Of a DNA stretch of 64,000 nt, positions 1 through 11,228 are shown piece by piece (the stretch's first letter is position 1; each line of letters opens with the position of its first letter). Under the pieces are notes generated by a model, which ran no database searches, was not told where the DNA came from, and saw only the letters and a program-made list of their open reading frames with translations. Source of the DNA: a virus (taxonomy: Duplodnaviria > Caudoviricetes). Location: IMG/VR virus record IMGVR_UViG_3300020046_004224; one strand, 5' to 3'. The translations under genes were made by a program, and so were the position numbers.

Positions 1-218
1 GAAGTTTTATGATACAGATATTAAATTGGAAGAAATATAAAGATACATATCCAAATTGGGCAGGTAACAAGGTCAATTGGTGTTCATATTGTAAAAAGGT
101 AATTACCGATACTTGTAATTATGTGTCGTTGATCCCGCACAGCACTGAGGAAAGTGATATGTGTATGGATTGTGTAAAAGAACTTTGTGATAAACTTCAA
201 CAATTTAACAAAAAAGCA

Positions 219-247
219 TTGACAATAGTTGAATAGAGTATAGAGTA
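219..247 (+). promoter_or_regulatory. sigma70-type promoter
   Basis: TTGACA-17nt-TAGAGT upstream of ORF 298. Confidence 0.6.
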
Positions 248-297
248 AGACCAATTCCAAAACGGAAGATCAAACAAAACAAAAAAATATAAAAAAT

Positions 298-711
298 ATG
301 GCACGCCCAAAAAACCCAAATAACATCTACAACCTCACTTGCAAAGTAACGGGGTTGACACGCAAAACGAACCCTAATCAGTTCCGTGACCTTATGGCAC
401 GCTACGGTTTGACTCAGGACGAGCTTATCGCCTCCTATGTGTCATCTGGTCCTGGTGGTGGTCGTCGTCAGATTGCCTCTGAGAATCTGACTCCTGAACA
501 GGCGATTGAAAAATACGGCATTCATCCGAATGTTGCAACACGCCTAAAAGCTACCGTCAAACAGAAACCTGTTGATACGACTGCTGTTGTGATTGATGAA
601 GTTGCTGCCGAACCTGTTGATACGACTGAACCAATTGTCGAATCCAATGGTACATCGTTTAGTGTCAGTATTCGGGCAGAAGATGAGAAAGAAGTTGCAG
701 TAGAGGCTTAA
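298..711 (+). CDS. hypothetical protein (basic N-terminus, acidic tail)
   Basis: 137-aa ORF with its own promoter and terminator hairpin. Confidence 0.75.
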   Translation: MARPKNPNNIYNLTCKVTGLTRKTNPNQFRDLMARYGLTQDELIASYVSSGPGGGRRQIASENLTPEQAIEKYGIHPNVATRLKATVKQKPVDTTAVVIDEVAAEPVDTTEPIVESNGTSFSVSIRAEDEKEVAVEA

Positions 712-737
712 TGGCCTTATGATGTGTGGAGAGGAAT

Positions 738-780
738 GAAATGCGATTAGGGAACGAAAGGACTCTAATCGCATTTTGTT
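738..780 (+). terminator. intrinsic terminator
   Basis: AAATGCGATTAG...CTAATCGCATTT hairpin followed by T tract. Confidence 0.6.
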
Positions 781-806
781 AAAATTTCTATAAATAATTT
801 CAAATT

Positions 807-1082
807 ATGAGAAAAGACGAAATCAAATCACAAATCGAAATCTTAGTAGAGGATGCCTCTTTAGATATTTCTACACGAAAACTTACGAAAGTCGTGAACC
901 TTGCCGCAGAGTTGCTGGAGGATGTGGATATTACACTTGAAGAGATTGTGGAAGATTTCCAAAAAGTTGCTGGAGATGATGTAGATGATTGGAACGAATT
1001 CATCCAAGAAGTTTCGAATTTTGTCTATGAGACAATCGAAGAAGAACTTGACGATTCCGAATCGGAGACAGAAGATGAATGA
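807..1082 (+). CDS. highly acidic hypothetical protein
   Basis: 91 aa, D/E-rich; preceded by TATAAATA late-promoter motif. Confidence 0.7.
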   Translation: MRKDEIKSQIEILVEDASLDISTRKLTKVVNLAAELLEDVDITLEEIVEDFQKVAGDDVDDWNEFIQEVSNFVYETIEEELDDSESETEDE

Positions 1083-1371
1083 TACATATCGAGAAAGAAT
1101 GATTCCCCTATGGGAACAGTTGAAAAAGGGCATGACACACGCAGAGAGGCTATTTAACCATAGTCTTTTGAAGAACAATCGCATTGGTGATTACCTCATA
1201 AAGTCAACTCGTAAGCTGGACTGTATCAATGGGAATGGATACATAGATTATTCATTTAAACACGATGGCTGGATTAGCACAAGGAATCGGTCAAATGCAC
1301 AGTGGTTTACAAAAGATGAAGCTGTTGCAATTGCCAAAGATTGGAAACATTTTAAAATAGTAAAAAGATAA
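1075..1371 (+). CDS. hypothetical protein
   Basis: ORF; likely start MNDTYR overlaps the previous stop. Confidence 0.55.
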   Translation: MNDTYRERMIPLWEQLKKGMTHAERLFNHSLLKNNRIGDYLIKSTRKLDCINGNGYIDYSFKHDGWISTRNRSNAQWFTKDEAVAIAKDWKHFKIVKR

Positions 1372-1581
1372 ATTATGACAACAGAAGACTTAGTACCAAA
1401 CACTTACGAATTAGTTGGTGGACCTGAATGTGGAGCAAATTTTGAATTACCCTCAAACCATGAAGCGGATGTATTCACAGTCCCATACGAACGAATTATC
1501 AAGGGAATTGTTCATAAGTTTGGTGCAGTATATATGAAACGGACTGACGGTAAAGCACAATACAAAAATGGTTAATACTTT

Positions 1582-2274
1582 CTATAATAGTCCTATATCT
1601 TTTTTAATACTTTCTATAAAGAAAGATATATTGTCTATCAACACTTTATTTCCTTTTGATATGTTATCAAACGCCAACATAGGTTGCATATTTTTGTAAT
1701 AGAAACATATTCTTTGATGATCAGGAATGGTTAAATCGAAAAAAGAACAGGGTATTATATGATCTATGTGCCAATGATTGCCATAATTTTCCCACGTCAT
1801 AGTTGAATCAAACATCTTCTCTAAATATAGTTTGAATTCTTCGAAAGAAATACCTAATAAGCATTCTGTTTTTTGTGGTTTTACTTTACCTAAAGTTGCT
1901 AGGCGCAATCGAACTCTCAATGCACATGCTATCTTATTATGAGGCAGAGAATACCAATTATTTCTTTGTATACGCGCCTTTATTTTAGCATCCTCTCCGC
2001 GCCGTCTAATGTTATTCTTATCCAACATACTGATGCGCCACGCAATATCTTCTTCATATCTCTGTTTCCGGCATTTACGCATCCTTTCCTTCACCTCTGG
2101 TAATAAGTTTTTCATCTTCTCCTTTTCATGGTTCCTTAAATACCATTCATGCCTAACCTTTTTCTGACACATTCTACAATGACTATGATGACCATCTTTT
2201 GTTGCTTGACATTTGTTATATTCTGTGTATAGTTTGCTTTCTTGGCAATGACTACATATTTTAAAATCTTCCAT
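1582..2274 (-). CDS. HNH homing endonuclease
   Basis: N-terminal CxxC zinc motifs; WENYG-WHIDHIIP...N...NISKGNK HNH motif; opposite to the local gene orientation. Confidence 0.85.
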   Translation of the reverse strand: MEDFKICSHCQESKLYTEYNKCQATKDGHHSHCRMCQKKVRHEWYLRNHEKEKMKNLLPEVKERMRKCRKQRYEEDIAWRISMLDKNNIRRRGEDAKIKARIQRNNWYSLPHNKIACALRVRLRLATLGKVKPQKTECLLGISFEEFKLYLEKMFDSTMTWENYGNHWHIDHIIPCSFFDLTIPDHQRICFYYKNMQPMLAFDNISKGNKVLIDNISFFIESIKKDIGLL

Positions 2275-2831
2275 ATATTTATATTTATCTTTGTAGGTGA
2301 TATATCGAAGATTATTAAGTATGCAAAAAGTTTACAATTTCTAATGAAAGATTGATATGAATCCTCGTAATGCAGATTGGGCCGGAAAAATTCAAAAGCG
2401 ATTTCGTTGGTTGCGATTTCGTTTTGAATGGGGTCGTAGATGCTATAAAACAGATTGTTGTGGTGATACTCTCGAATCGTGGTGGGAATGGGAAAATATA
2501 TGAAAACGCTTGAAGATATTTTAACATTTATGCATAAACTTGGTGCATTTGAGAGAAGAAGTGCTAAGGTTAATCTCCTTGTAGGAAGAAAGAAGAAAGA
2601 TATGAAATTAGAATATCTACCAAAAACTTTAACCGACAAACAAGTAGATTCTATTTGTATGTCAATCCGTCACGACTTTGGTCTGGTTGTTTCTGATGAA
2701 TATGCCAGAGAGTGTGAAGGGATACATGGTTTTAGAGACTCTGGTATGACAGAAAAAGAACGCAACGATCTTCGTCATCAAGTACGTGAATTTTATCATG
2801 CAATTTATAAAGAATTTTACTACATCGAATC

Positions 2832-3554
2832 ATGAATGCATATATTGATGACAATCTAAAAGGTTGGATGAATAAGAAAACTGTGGTGGAAGGCCTGGAA
2901 AAAGCTGGATATATCATCATAAGTTTAATTCACCCATCCTTTAGTAGTGAAGTATTACAAGATGGTGTCTTTTACGGAAATGTAGGATTTATTCGAAAAG
3001 TAGTAGATCAATTGAAATATACTCCTAGATGGATTGGTCATGTCCCTGATGATCTTCTATTTCTTGCACGCCGAGAAATTAAAACAGAATCTATTGGAGA
3101 TGTTTTCAAATCTAAAGTTCCTAAATTCATCAAACCTGTTCCCGAAAAGGGAAAGAGTTTTGACGGATTTGTATATAATGCAGATCAACTAGATTCTTTA
3201 TATGTTGCCAACTATTTTATCAATGGAGACGAACAAGTAATCACCAGCGAAGTGGTTAATTTTATTTCCGAATGGCGGTGTTATATCTGTGATGGAGAAA
3301 TCCTAGACGGAAAACATTACAAAGGAGATTTTCGTATTTCCCCTAATTATGCGGTTGCCGATTTCGCCATTGAATGTTGGAAAGATGCTCCTGTTGCATG
3401 GAGTTGTGATCTTGGTATAACTGATCAAGGAACGACTTGTATTGTAGAATGTAATGATGTAATGTCACTCGGCATGTACGGACTTGCATCACATAAAGCT
3501 GCATACATGCTTGAAAAACGTTGGGAACAGATTCATAAAAACAAAGCACTATGA
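2832..3554 (+). CDS. ATP-grasp domain protein (DUF4343/R2K-like)
   Basis: FIKPV, SEVVNFISEWRCY, DLG, VECND motifs. Confidence 0.75.
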   Translation: MNAYIDDNLKGWMNKKTVVEGLEKAGYIIISLIHPSFSSEVLQDGVFYGNVGFIRKVVDQLKYTPRWIGHVPDDLLFLARREIKTESIGDVFKSKVPKFIKPVPEKGKSFDGFVYNADQLDSLYVANYFINGDEQVITSEVVNFISEWRCYICDGEILDGKHYKGDFRISPNYAVADFAIECWKDAPVAWSCDLGITDQGTTCIVECNDVMSLGMYGLASHKAAYMLEKRWEQIHKNKAL

Positions 3555-4063
3555 GAAAAGATACATTTTTAAAATTATTTGACAACTTACCGGATGATGC
3601 AGATATTCGGTATGCATATCATCCATCCGAATCATATGATGTTTATGACCAGGATGATTTTGCTATTCATAAACTATATGAAAAGGGTAAATCAACTCCT
3701 TCCTTTTTTGTCAATTCTATGGGTAGATCAAATTGCCCTGACGGGTATCAAACGGAGAACGAATATATTGTAAGTCAGAGTGCTATGACTTTGATCAATT
3801 CTTTCCCTAAAGACAAATACTGGACTATTTCAAATGGCGGTTATAGATATATAACGGTTAGCTACAGTCGTGCAAATTATAGCCGTAGATTTTCGGTTAT
3901 TATTAGAGATATGAAGTATTCTATCCGAGTCTCTGAGACGGGAGGAGATGTTGATATTACTGATGGATGGGATAATTTCTTCAAAGCTGTGACGCCGATC
4001 ATTCTGAAAGATTTACAGAAGTTTCGAGAAGAGTTGGAAGATGTACTAGAAACAGGAGTATGA
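3551..4063 (+). CDS. hypothetical protein
   Basis: 170-aa ORF translationally coupled to its neighbours. Confidence 0.6.
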   Translation: MRKDTFLKLFDNLPDDADIRYAYHPSESYDVYDQDDFAIHKLYEKGKSTPSFFVNSMGRSNCPDGYQTENEYIVSQSAMTLINSFPKDKYWTISNGGYRYITVSYSRANYSRRFSVIIRDMKYSIRVSETGGDVDITDGWDNFFKAVTPIILKDLQKFREELEDVLETGV

Positions 4064-4926
4064 ATAAATTAAATTTACAATATCAATTTCTTCTCTTCGG
4101 TATTATGGAGAAGGGAGAATGGGAGATGAATAGAACAGGGATTCGTGCGAAAACCTTTCCATCTGGGATGATCGTTCATGATATGTCAGAAGGATTTCCC
4201 CTTTTGACTATTAAACGAGTTCCGTTTAAATCTATGGCAGTAGAGCTTGAAGGATTTATTAAAGGTATTACCTGTAAAAATTGGTTCAAGGTGAGAGGTT
4301 GTAACATATGGAATGAATGGTGTAATCCTGAAAAGGTTCCGTATGGTACCGATGAATCTAGCAAGGCTAAAATGCTGCTAGAAGATGACCTCGGGCCTAT
4401 CTACGGTTCACAGTGGAGAAATTTCCATTCACCGACTGATACAAGTGGATATTTCGAGGATCAACTTGGAAATATCGTTAATAAGCTATTGACCAATCCA
4501 CAAGACCGAAGAATGATTTGTTCTGCATGGAATCCTCTTACAATAAGTCAAATGGCACTTCCTCCTTGCCATGTTATGTGGCAAGTATCGGTAATTAACA
4601 ATAAGTTAAATCTTTCGTGGTTTCAGCGTTCGTGTGACGTGCCTCTGGGGATTCCGTACAACATTGCATCTTATGGATTACTCCTACATTTACTTGCTAA
4701 AATATCTGGATTCCAAGAAGGAACACTTACAGGATTTCTAAATAATGTTCATTTTTATGAAAATCAGCTAGAAGGAGTCGAGGAGATTCTTTCAAGAGAA
4801 CCTAATAAAGCACTACCAATTATTGAGACTGATCCTATTGATAGTTTCTTCGATTGGGATCACACTAAATCTCGTATCAAGTTTTACGATCCGTTACCAA
4901 CAATTAAAATGCCAGTGGCAGTATAG
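4060..4926 (+). CDS. thyA: thymidylate synthase
   Basis: DLGPIYGSQWR, MALPPCH, QRSCD, PYNIASY motifs. Confidence 0.97.
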   Translation: MNKLNLQYQFLLFGIMEKGEWEMNRTGIRAKTFPSGMIVHDMSEGFPLLTIKRVPFKSMAVELEGFIKGITCKNWFKVRGCNIWNEWCNPEKVPYGTDESSKAKMLLEDDLGPIYGSQWRNFHSPTDTSGYFEDQLGNIVNKLLTNPQDRRMICSAWNPLTISQMALPPCHVMWQVSVINNKLNLSWFQRSCDVPLGIPYNIASYGLLLHLLAKISGFQEGTLTGFLNNVHFYENQLEGVEEILSREPNKALPIIETDPIDSFFDWDHTKSRIKFYDPLPTIKMPVAV

Positions 4927-5125
4927 AGATGGGTACATTATGTCGGAAGAACCAGACACAATTTGTATCCATCCTAATACTTTTGAAGTATTTCATAAGC
5001 TGAAAACTTATCGGAATATTCGAAAATATTTACGCTTTTGGGGATTTACAAGATCAGAACAGGATTATATTATAAAATTGTACAAAACTGCCGGACATAC
5101 ACCTTTCCAGTGATATATTAAGAAA

Positions 5126-5611
5126 ATGAATATTTTTTGTACATCAGAATGTCCTGAACGGTCTGCGCGATGGTGTGTTGATAGACACGTTTCGAAAATG
5201 CCCTTAGAGACGGCCCAACTTTTATGTGCAGCATATCATGTTCAAGGTATCCATGCTCCTTATAGATTAACGCATAAAAATCATCCATCAACAGTTTGGA
5301 GTCGCACATCATGTTTAAATTATGAATGGACAATTAAACATGGTAAAATGTTGTGCGACGAATATACCGCACGATATGGCAGAAGACATGCATCTCAGGA
5401 TGTGATCGAATGGTGTGATAATAATTCACATAATCTTAAATTTGATAATTTTGAACAGACAGAATTTGCAGTTGCAATTGGTTCTGATATGTTGTGTCGG
5501 CAAGTAACAGGATTTGATCAGATGCCAGTGGTGGATAAGTACCGTTTCTATTATAGATTAGACAAAGCCCATCTTCATCACTGGAAACGCAATAAACCGA
5601 ATTGGATTTGA
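5126..5611 (+). CDS. pyrimidine dimer DNA glycosylase/DenV-like protein
   Basis: MNIF...DRHVSKMPLETAQLL, THKNHPSTVW, YTARYGRRH family signature. Confidence 0.8.
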   Translation: MNIFCTSECPERSARWCVDRHVSKMPLETAQLLCAAYHVQGIHAPYRLTHKNHPSTVWSRTSCLNYEWTIKHGKMLCDEYTARYGRRHASQDVIEWCDNNSHNLKFDNFEQTEFAVAIGSDMLCRQVTGFDQMPVVDKYRFYYRLDKAHLHHWKRNKPNWI

Positions 5612-5662
5612 TTATATTAAAAAGTGTTAGACAAACCTCTATTTTCGTGTTAAGCTTCTGTC

Positions 5663-5935
5663 ATGAAATACCATCTACTGCTGTTGACTTGTCTTTTATT
5701 CTCTTGCACAAAAGAAGTCCTAGTTTCGCGTGAAGACGTTATCGAACGAGAAAAAAAAGATACTGTTGAATATTATTATAGATATAAGGTGTTACCATCT
5801 GATGTCAAGTATATAGAAACTATGGATAATGGTTGGGTTATTATCGAGATTAAAAATAATAGATTCTTGTATAGAGGGATGTGGTTGGGTAGTAACGGGA
5901 CAACTGAGGTTATGGTACCATATGTCGAAAAATAA
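5663..5935 (+). CDS. putative lipoprotein
   Basis: signal peptide with LFSC lipobox. Confidence 0.55.
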   Translation: MKYHLLLLTCLLFSCTKEVLVSREDVIEREKKDTVEYYYRYKVLPSDVKYIETMDNGWVIIEIKNNRFLYRGMWLGSNGTTEVMVPYVEK

Positions 5936-6098
5936 TATATGTATAACCTTCCAGTTAAATATTCGGTTATGGTTAAGGTGTGGGATTCGATTCAGATGAA
6001 ATCTTATAAGGTATTACATTTATCATTTAAGAAAAAAGAAAATCAACAATCTTTCTTAGAACAAATCGAAGACGCAACAATTTACCAAACATCATAAT

Positions 6099-7142
6099 AT
6101 GGGCGGACTGCTGTTTAAACATCCCAAAATGCCAAAGGACTTGTACGAAGACATCAAGAAAGAGGTTTTTGAAAAGCTATCACCACGCCCATTACTCGTT
6201 CCTGAATCTTTTCTAAATAAAGAAACTTTCGGTGATATTGATATTGTACTGGCATTTCCTCTGTTAACTGACGAATTTCTTAAAGAAACATTCCGAATCG
6301 AGGATAAAGATATTCATCATAATTCATCTGTGATTTCGATTAACTATCGAGATGCACAAATTGATTTTTGTCATTTTGAAGAGGAAAACGTTGAGGCGGC
6401 ATACAAATATATGCGCAACAGTGATTGCTCTAACATGGTGGGTTGCATTTGTCGCGGGGCACTTGGGTATAGGTTGACCCATAAAGGCTTGACGTACCCC
6501 GTCAGAATCAAGCAGGAGGACATGTTGGGCGAAATCCTTGTATCGAAGAACTTCAAGAAAATTCTAGAATTTATTGATTTGGATTATGAGAAATGGTCTA
6601 GTGGTTTTAATGATGAATTGGAACTTTTTGAATGGATCGTTAAATCGAAGTATTTCAGTCCTGCATTCTTTTATTATGAGAACCTGAACCACGAAAACCG
6701 CACAAGGAACAAGAAGAGAGCAACATATGGAAATTTCGTGCAGTGGTTAGAGGATAATGATGATGGACGCTTTGATAGATGTCATACTGTTACCGAAAAC
6801 AAACAAGAACATCTTTTCAGAGGTCTTTTACATTTTTATGAAGAAAGACATTTCCCATATAATGGACTTTGGATAGAACAGGTTCATGCGCTAATTCATA
6901 CAAGATATAATTTTGAAAAATCTCGACAAATATTTAATGGCAGTATTGTTCAAGAATTGACTGGTGCCATTGGTCCTCAGTTAGGAAAGATTATCCGAGA
7001 ATTTAATGAATATCTTAGAAATACATGTCACTTGACACGCGAACAAGGATATGGTAGTATCAATTACTTCATTGCCGAACATACAAAAGAAGAAATGGTA
7101 GAAATGTTTAACAATTGGTATAAAACATATGAATCCGAATAA
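6099..7142 (+). CDS. nucleotidyltransferase (Pol beta-like superfamily)
   Basis: KETFGDIDIV and AQIDF motifs. Confidence 0.7.
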   Translation: MGGLLFKHPKMPKDLYEDIKKEVFEKLSPRPLLVPESFLNKETFGDIDIVLAFPLLTDEFLKETFRIEDKDIHHNSSVISINYRDAQIDFCHFEEENVEAAYKYMRNSDCSNMVGCICRGALGYRLTHKGLTYPVRIKQEDMLGEILVSKNFKKILEFIDLDYEKWSSGFNDELELFEWIVKSKYFSPAFFYYENLNHENRTRNKKRATYGNFVQWLEDNDDGRFDRCHTVTENKQEHLFRGLLHFYEERHFPYNGLWIEQVHALIHTRYNFEKSRQIFNGSIVQELTGAIGPQLGKIIREFNEYLRNTCHLTREQGYGSINYFIAEHTKEEMVEMFNNWYKTYESE

Positions 7143-7824
7143 TAAATTTTACGAAATAATTGCAGATGAATCTGAATTGGATAAGTTTTTGAACTTTATT
7201 CCAGACACAGATGATTCTAACCAACTATATTGGAGTCTGTTCGCAAGGAAAAAATATGCAGTTGATCATCCTGCATTGTCCCATGATAAAACCCTTCTAA
7301 AACGGGGGACATCCACGAAAGAAAGACTGCGTTCTAAGTTGAAACAGCTAGAATGTCGTATTGGTGGATATTTAGGAAATAAAGATATTCCGATTCCACA
7401 AGAAGCTCTTGCCGTGTATATTTCTCCCGCTCCTAGAGATATGAAGAAAGCAACACTCAAATGTATTAAATCATTTGCTGATTTGTTGCAAAGGGATAAT
7501 AGTTATAATCTTCATCAAGAAGTATTAAACGTCATCCAGACAACTCATGGAGAGGATAAGTTTCATATTTTTGATATTGATTCGAAGGATATTTCAAATT
7601 TAGGCGTTGCAATGAGATTGGTTGATGAGCGGTGCGATGTGATCGAGACTAGGGGTGGATTTCATATTCTTGTTTCTAGTACTGACATCGAAGAATATGC
7701 CAAAAATTGGGATAAACAGTGGTATATGAAATTATCTAAAATGAGTGATGTTGTCGGAGATTGTCTAACACCTTTATGTGGTTGCTGGCAAGGCGGTTTC
7801 ATTCCCAAACTTATAACAAAATGA
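7129..7824 (+). CDS. hypothetical protein with AEP primase-like motifs
   Basis: FDID acidic motif and ETRGGFH motif. Confidence 0.5.
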   Translation: MNPNNKFYEIIADESELDKFLNFIPDTDDSNQLYWSLFARKKYAVDHPALSHDKTLLKRGTSTKERLRSKLKQLECRIGGYLGNKDIPIPQEALAVYISPAPRDMKKATLKCIKSFADLLQRDNSYNLHQEVLNVIQTTHGEDKFHIFDIDSKDISNLGVAMRLVDERCDVIETRGGFHILVSSTDIEEYAKNWDKQWYMKLSKMSDVVGDCLTPLCGCWQGGFIPKLITK

Positions 7825-8081
7825 TCCTTACTTTTATAGGATTATTATATTCTATTCTTTTTGCTGCCTGTTATGTTCCGCAAATAATCCAATTGTATAA
7901 AACGCATGAAACACGCGGTATTTCTATATCCCTGTATTGGATGTGCTTTGCCGCCTATATCTTAGCTATTATCTATACGATTTTTAATGTTGGCATTGAC
8001 AAAGTACTTCTCTTGAACTATGGTTCGGGTGGAATCCTTTGTACAATAACGCTATACCTGTACTACAAATTCAAATCTTAA
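7821..8081 (+). CDS. PQ-loop (SemiSWEET-like) membrane protein
   Basis: YVPQIIQLYKTHETRGISI PQ loop, three hydrophobic helices. Confidence 0.75.
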   Translation: MILTFIGLLYSILFAACYVPQIIQLYKTHETRGISISLYWMCFAAYILAIIYTIFNVGIDKVLLLNYGSGGILCTITLYLYYKFKS

Positions 8082-8088
8082 AATTCAC

Positions 8089-9498
8089 ATGAGTAAACAA
8101 GCCTACCAGACAGAACAAACCAAAAAATCACCACTTAAATACTCTCCATCCTTTAGGGAGTTTTTAGAGAGTATTCGAGAAACATGTAAAGTTGCACGAT
8201 GCTTACTCGAAGCTAGCACATTGTATAGATACTGCAATCCCGAGATTCCGATGAATTATATTTCTTTCCGAGATTCGGAAGGTATGATTTCGTTTATGCC
8301 AGCAGGACGGGAACAAAGATTGAATGAAAATGGAACATGGAGTACACAGGGACGGCAAACCACACGCCCTGTTAAATTTGCACGATCAATTCTCCATCCG
8401 CGAGTAGTCGAATCTATCAAAGATCATGAGTTTGCTGCATTTGCTGCAAGATTCAAAGCTAATGAATTATCTAATGAAATTAGCTTTAAAATTGTAAGCG
8501 TCAAAGAAGGTTATCACAAAGATGGATATTCTATCGATATTAGTTCCTGTATGGCTGGAAAACCAGTTCATAGGTTCTATGATATGTATGATTGCAAGGT
8601 ATTAGTGGCAATCAAAAAAGGTCGATACATTGCTAGAGCACTTCTATGGAATGAAGTATTCCTAAATACCAAGGAGACACCGATCAAATTAATGGATCGT
8701 GTATATTATGGTAATTGTAATGGAACTTGCCAACTTTTTATTGATTGGGCTATTGAGAATGGTTATCACCGAAAACAAAATCAAAATGGTTATAGTGATG
8801 AACCAATTGTGTCACCGACAGGCGAGGTTGTTAATAATCCTATTCTCAAAGTTTATAAAAAGACAAATGCCAAAGAGCGGATTTATAAACCATATTTGGA
8901 CACATTAGAATATACTGATCATAATTATAAAATTCTATCTAATATCTTTAGGGTAGCAAACACGGTGTATTATAATCTTAAAAGTGCCGAAAATTATAGG
9001 GAGAATAAAAAAGAGTTTGTTTTAGCGCATACATCCGAAACCCGATCCGAATATATACACAAAGGGGATACACTTAAATTTAAAGGAGAGTTGTATTATA
9101 AATTATGTTCATTATGTTGTGTTGCTGAAAATGGTCAATATTACCATAAACAAGACCCTAGAATATTCTCCTTTTTCCGTGGTTATTACACCACATTCTA
9201 CTTAAAAAAGACTCATGTGGTTGTTGACGGAAAGGTGTATAGAAAGACTGATCCCAAGATTATACAAGCAGGGAATAATAAATGGATTCTTAAAGAAGAA
9301 ATCAAAATTGAACCAATTAAAGATGTAAAAGTTGATACCAACAATGCATCGAAAGGATTTATGGATGTCGGAATTGATACAATTAGTCAGTATTTTACCC
9401 AGTGGTTTTATAATACTCCACCCCTCAACAACATATTGGTAGATTTCACGGTATCGGCTGATGAAAACCAAACAGAAGTCTTGACAACACGGGAATAG
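8089..9498 (+). CDS. hypothetical phage protein
   Basis: 469 aa; SSCM...ARALLW...DRVY motif, related to 21764-22999. Confidence 0.65.
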   Translation: MSKQAYQTEQTKKSPLKYSPSFREFLESIRETCKVARCLLEASTLYRYCNPEIPMNYISFRDSEGMISFMPAGREQRLNENGTWSTQGRQTTRPVKFARSILHPRVVESIKDHEFAAFAARFKANELSNEISFKIVSVKEGYHKDGYSIDISSCMAGKPVHRFYDMYDCKVLVAIKKGRYIARALLWNEVFLNTKETPIKLMDRVYYGNCNGTCQLFIDWAIENGYHRKQNQNGYSDEPIVSPTGEVVNNPILKVYKKTNAKERIYKPYLDTLEYTDHNYKILSNIFRVANTVYYNLKSAENYRENKKEFVLAHTSETRSEYIHKGDTLKFKGELYYKLCSLCCVAENGQYYHKQDPRIFSFFRGYYTTFYLKKTHVVVDGKVYRKTDPKIIQAGNNKWILKEEIKIEPIKDVKVDTNNASKGFMDVGIDTISQYFTQWFYNTPPLNNILVDFTVSADENQTEVLTTRE

Positions 9499-9509
9499 TC
9501 TGGTATTGT
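9481..9509 (+). promoter_or_regulatory. sigma70-type promoter of the Ro-like gene
   Basis: TTGACA-17nt-TATTGT. Confidence 0.65.
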
Positions 9510-9530
9510 ATCAATCACAATAAGAAAAAT

Positions 9531-11222
9531 ATGTTCACTGCAAAACAAACACAATTATTCACAGTTCCAGTTAAAGCAACAGCTAAGGCGAAAACATCCA
9601 CGGGTGTTACCCCTATCTTTGTTCATGCTGCACAAAAGCACACTGTCAAAACTCTATCGGGTAATGGTGCGGTTAAACTAAGTTCAACTCTCGACAATTT
9701 TGTTGATGCATTCGGAAAACTTGGAACCTATAAGGCTCCTCGTCCTTTTGCTGAAATTGAGAAAGATGCAGAACTTCTTTGGGGAACTGATCCATTAACT
9801 TCTGTGAAGTTTATTCACTACCTTCGTACGATTACTCGTAAGACACAACTCTTTGATGGTTCTGTCACCGATGAACCACAAAAAGGTGGTGAACTCAAGT
9901 ATGAACCAATCATGCGTATGATTTGGCTTTCCCAGAAAGCACCAGAAGTGTTCTGGAAAAATATCGGATTGTTCGTATCCCTTGGATCATGGCACGATAT
10001 TTTCACAATGTTGCAATATGATCTTGTCTATAATGGATGGGATAACCGTAAACTTGATTGGAAGAAATTTGGTGATCTAATCCTCACTGCATTGGAAAAC
10101 GAAAAGACTAATAATCTTGTTAAGAAGTATCTTCCACAAATCAAGTCTCGTTCCGACTGTAAAACCGTCGAAGCACAGGCAAATTGTATGATTGGAAAGT
10201 GGATTTGTTCACTCCTTTTTGGACCAAAGGACAATTCTTTCAATTATAAACAATACCGCAAGCTCAAAACTTCTGGTACTGCACATGATTGGCAGCAGTT
10301 GATTTCTCAACGTCAATTCGATAAGATCGATTTTGATAAAATTCATGGTCGTGCATTGAACCTTTTGGTTCGTAGCAAGTTCTTGAAGAATCAGAATCTT
10401 TCTGACAAGTATGCAAAATGGGTGGGTGATCCAAAGACTGCTGTTAAATACACTGGATTTGTTCATGAGTTGTTTGGTAAACTTCCTTCTAGTCTTTCTA
10501 GCTTGGAGAAGCATACCCAGGACACTATCAACAAGCAGTTTGCTACATTGGTGGAGAAGGGGTCGAGTGAGAATAAAGAAGAACAGTGTAATTTTATAGT
10601 TACGAGAGATACCAGCCCGTCGATGTCCTCGCTTGCAACTGGAACAGATATGTCATGTTTCAATATCGCAAAGGCGCTTGCACTCTATTTCTCAGAATTC
10701 CTCACAGGAAGGTTCTCAAATTCTTGGATTGAGTTTAATTCGACCGCAAAAATAAATCAGTGGATCGGAAATTCGCCCCTTGAAAAATGGTATAACGATC
10801 ATTCTCGTTATGTAGGAGGCACCAACTTCCAGAGTGTTATTGATCTATTCGTAACTCTTAAAAATGAAGGAATTGACGAGTCTGAGTTTCCCACTGGAAT
10901 TCTTCTTATTAGTGATTCCGAATTTAATCCGACACAGTTAAACAATACCAATGTAGAAGAGGCTCGCCGAAAACTTCGCACAGTTTTTAGTAACGAGTTC
11001 TCTGAAAAATTCCAAATCGTTCTCTGGAATCTCCAGAACAACTATTATGGAAAAGGTTCAGGCGAGAAGTTTGAAACTACTGCAAATGAAAAAGGTTGCT
11101 ATTACTTCTCAGGGTATAGTGCATCTGTGATCAGTTTCATCACTGGTCACGAAGTTCAGACTGCCCGCCAGTTGTTTGATACAGCGATGGATCAAGAAAT
11201 CATCAATATGGTAACACTGTAA
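9531..11222 (+). CDS. Ro60/TROVE-like helical-repeat plus vWA protein (DUF2828-type)
   Basis: SGNGA N-terminus, LGSWHDI, KKYLP, C-terminal vWA MIDAS DTSPSM, GGTNFQSV, ISDSEF, VLWNL, SGYS. Confidence 0.8.
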   Translation: MFTAKQTQLFTVPVKATAKAKTSTGVTPIFVHAAQKHTVKTLSGNGAVKLSSTLDNFVDAFGKLGTYKAPRPFAEIEKDAELLWGTDPLTSVKFIHYLRTITRKTQLFDGSVTDEPQKGGELKYEPIMRMIWLSQKAPEVFWKNIGLFVSLGSWHDIFTMLQYDLVYNGWDNRKLDWKKFGDLILTALENEKTNNLVKKYLPQIKSRSDCKTVEAQANCMIGKWICSLLFGPKDNSFNYKQYRKLKTSGTAHDWQQLISQRQFDKIDFDKIHGRALNLLVRSKFLKNQNLSDKYAKWVGDPKTAVKYTGFVHELFGKLPSSLSSLEKHTQDTINKQFATLVEKGSSENKEEQCNFIVTRDTSPSMSSLATGTDMSCFNIAKALALYFSEFLTGRFSNSWIEFNSTAKINQWIGNSPLEKWYNDHSRYVGGTNFQSVIDLFVTLKNEGIDESEFPTGILLISDSEFNPTQLNNTNVEEARRKLRTVFSNEFSEKFQIVLWNLQNNYYGKGSGEKFETTANEKGCYYFSGYSASVISFITGHEVQTARQLFDTAMDQEIINMVTL

Positions 11223-11228
11223 AAAATA

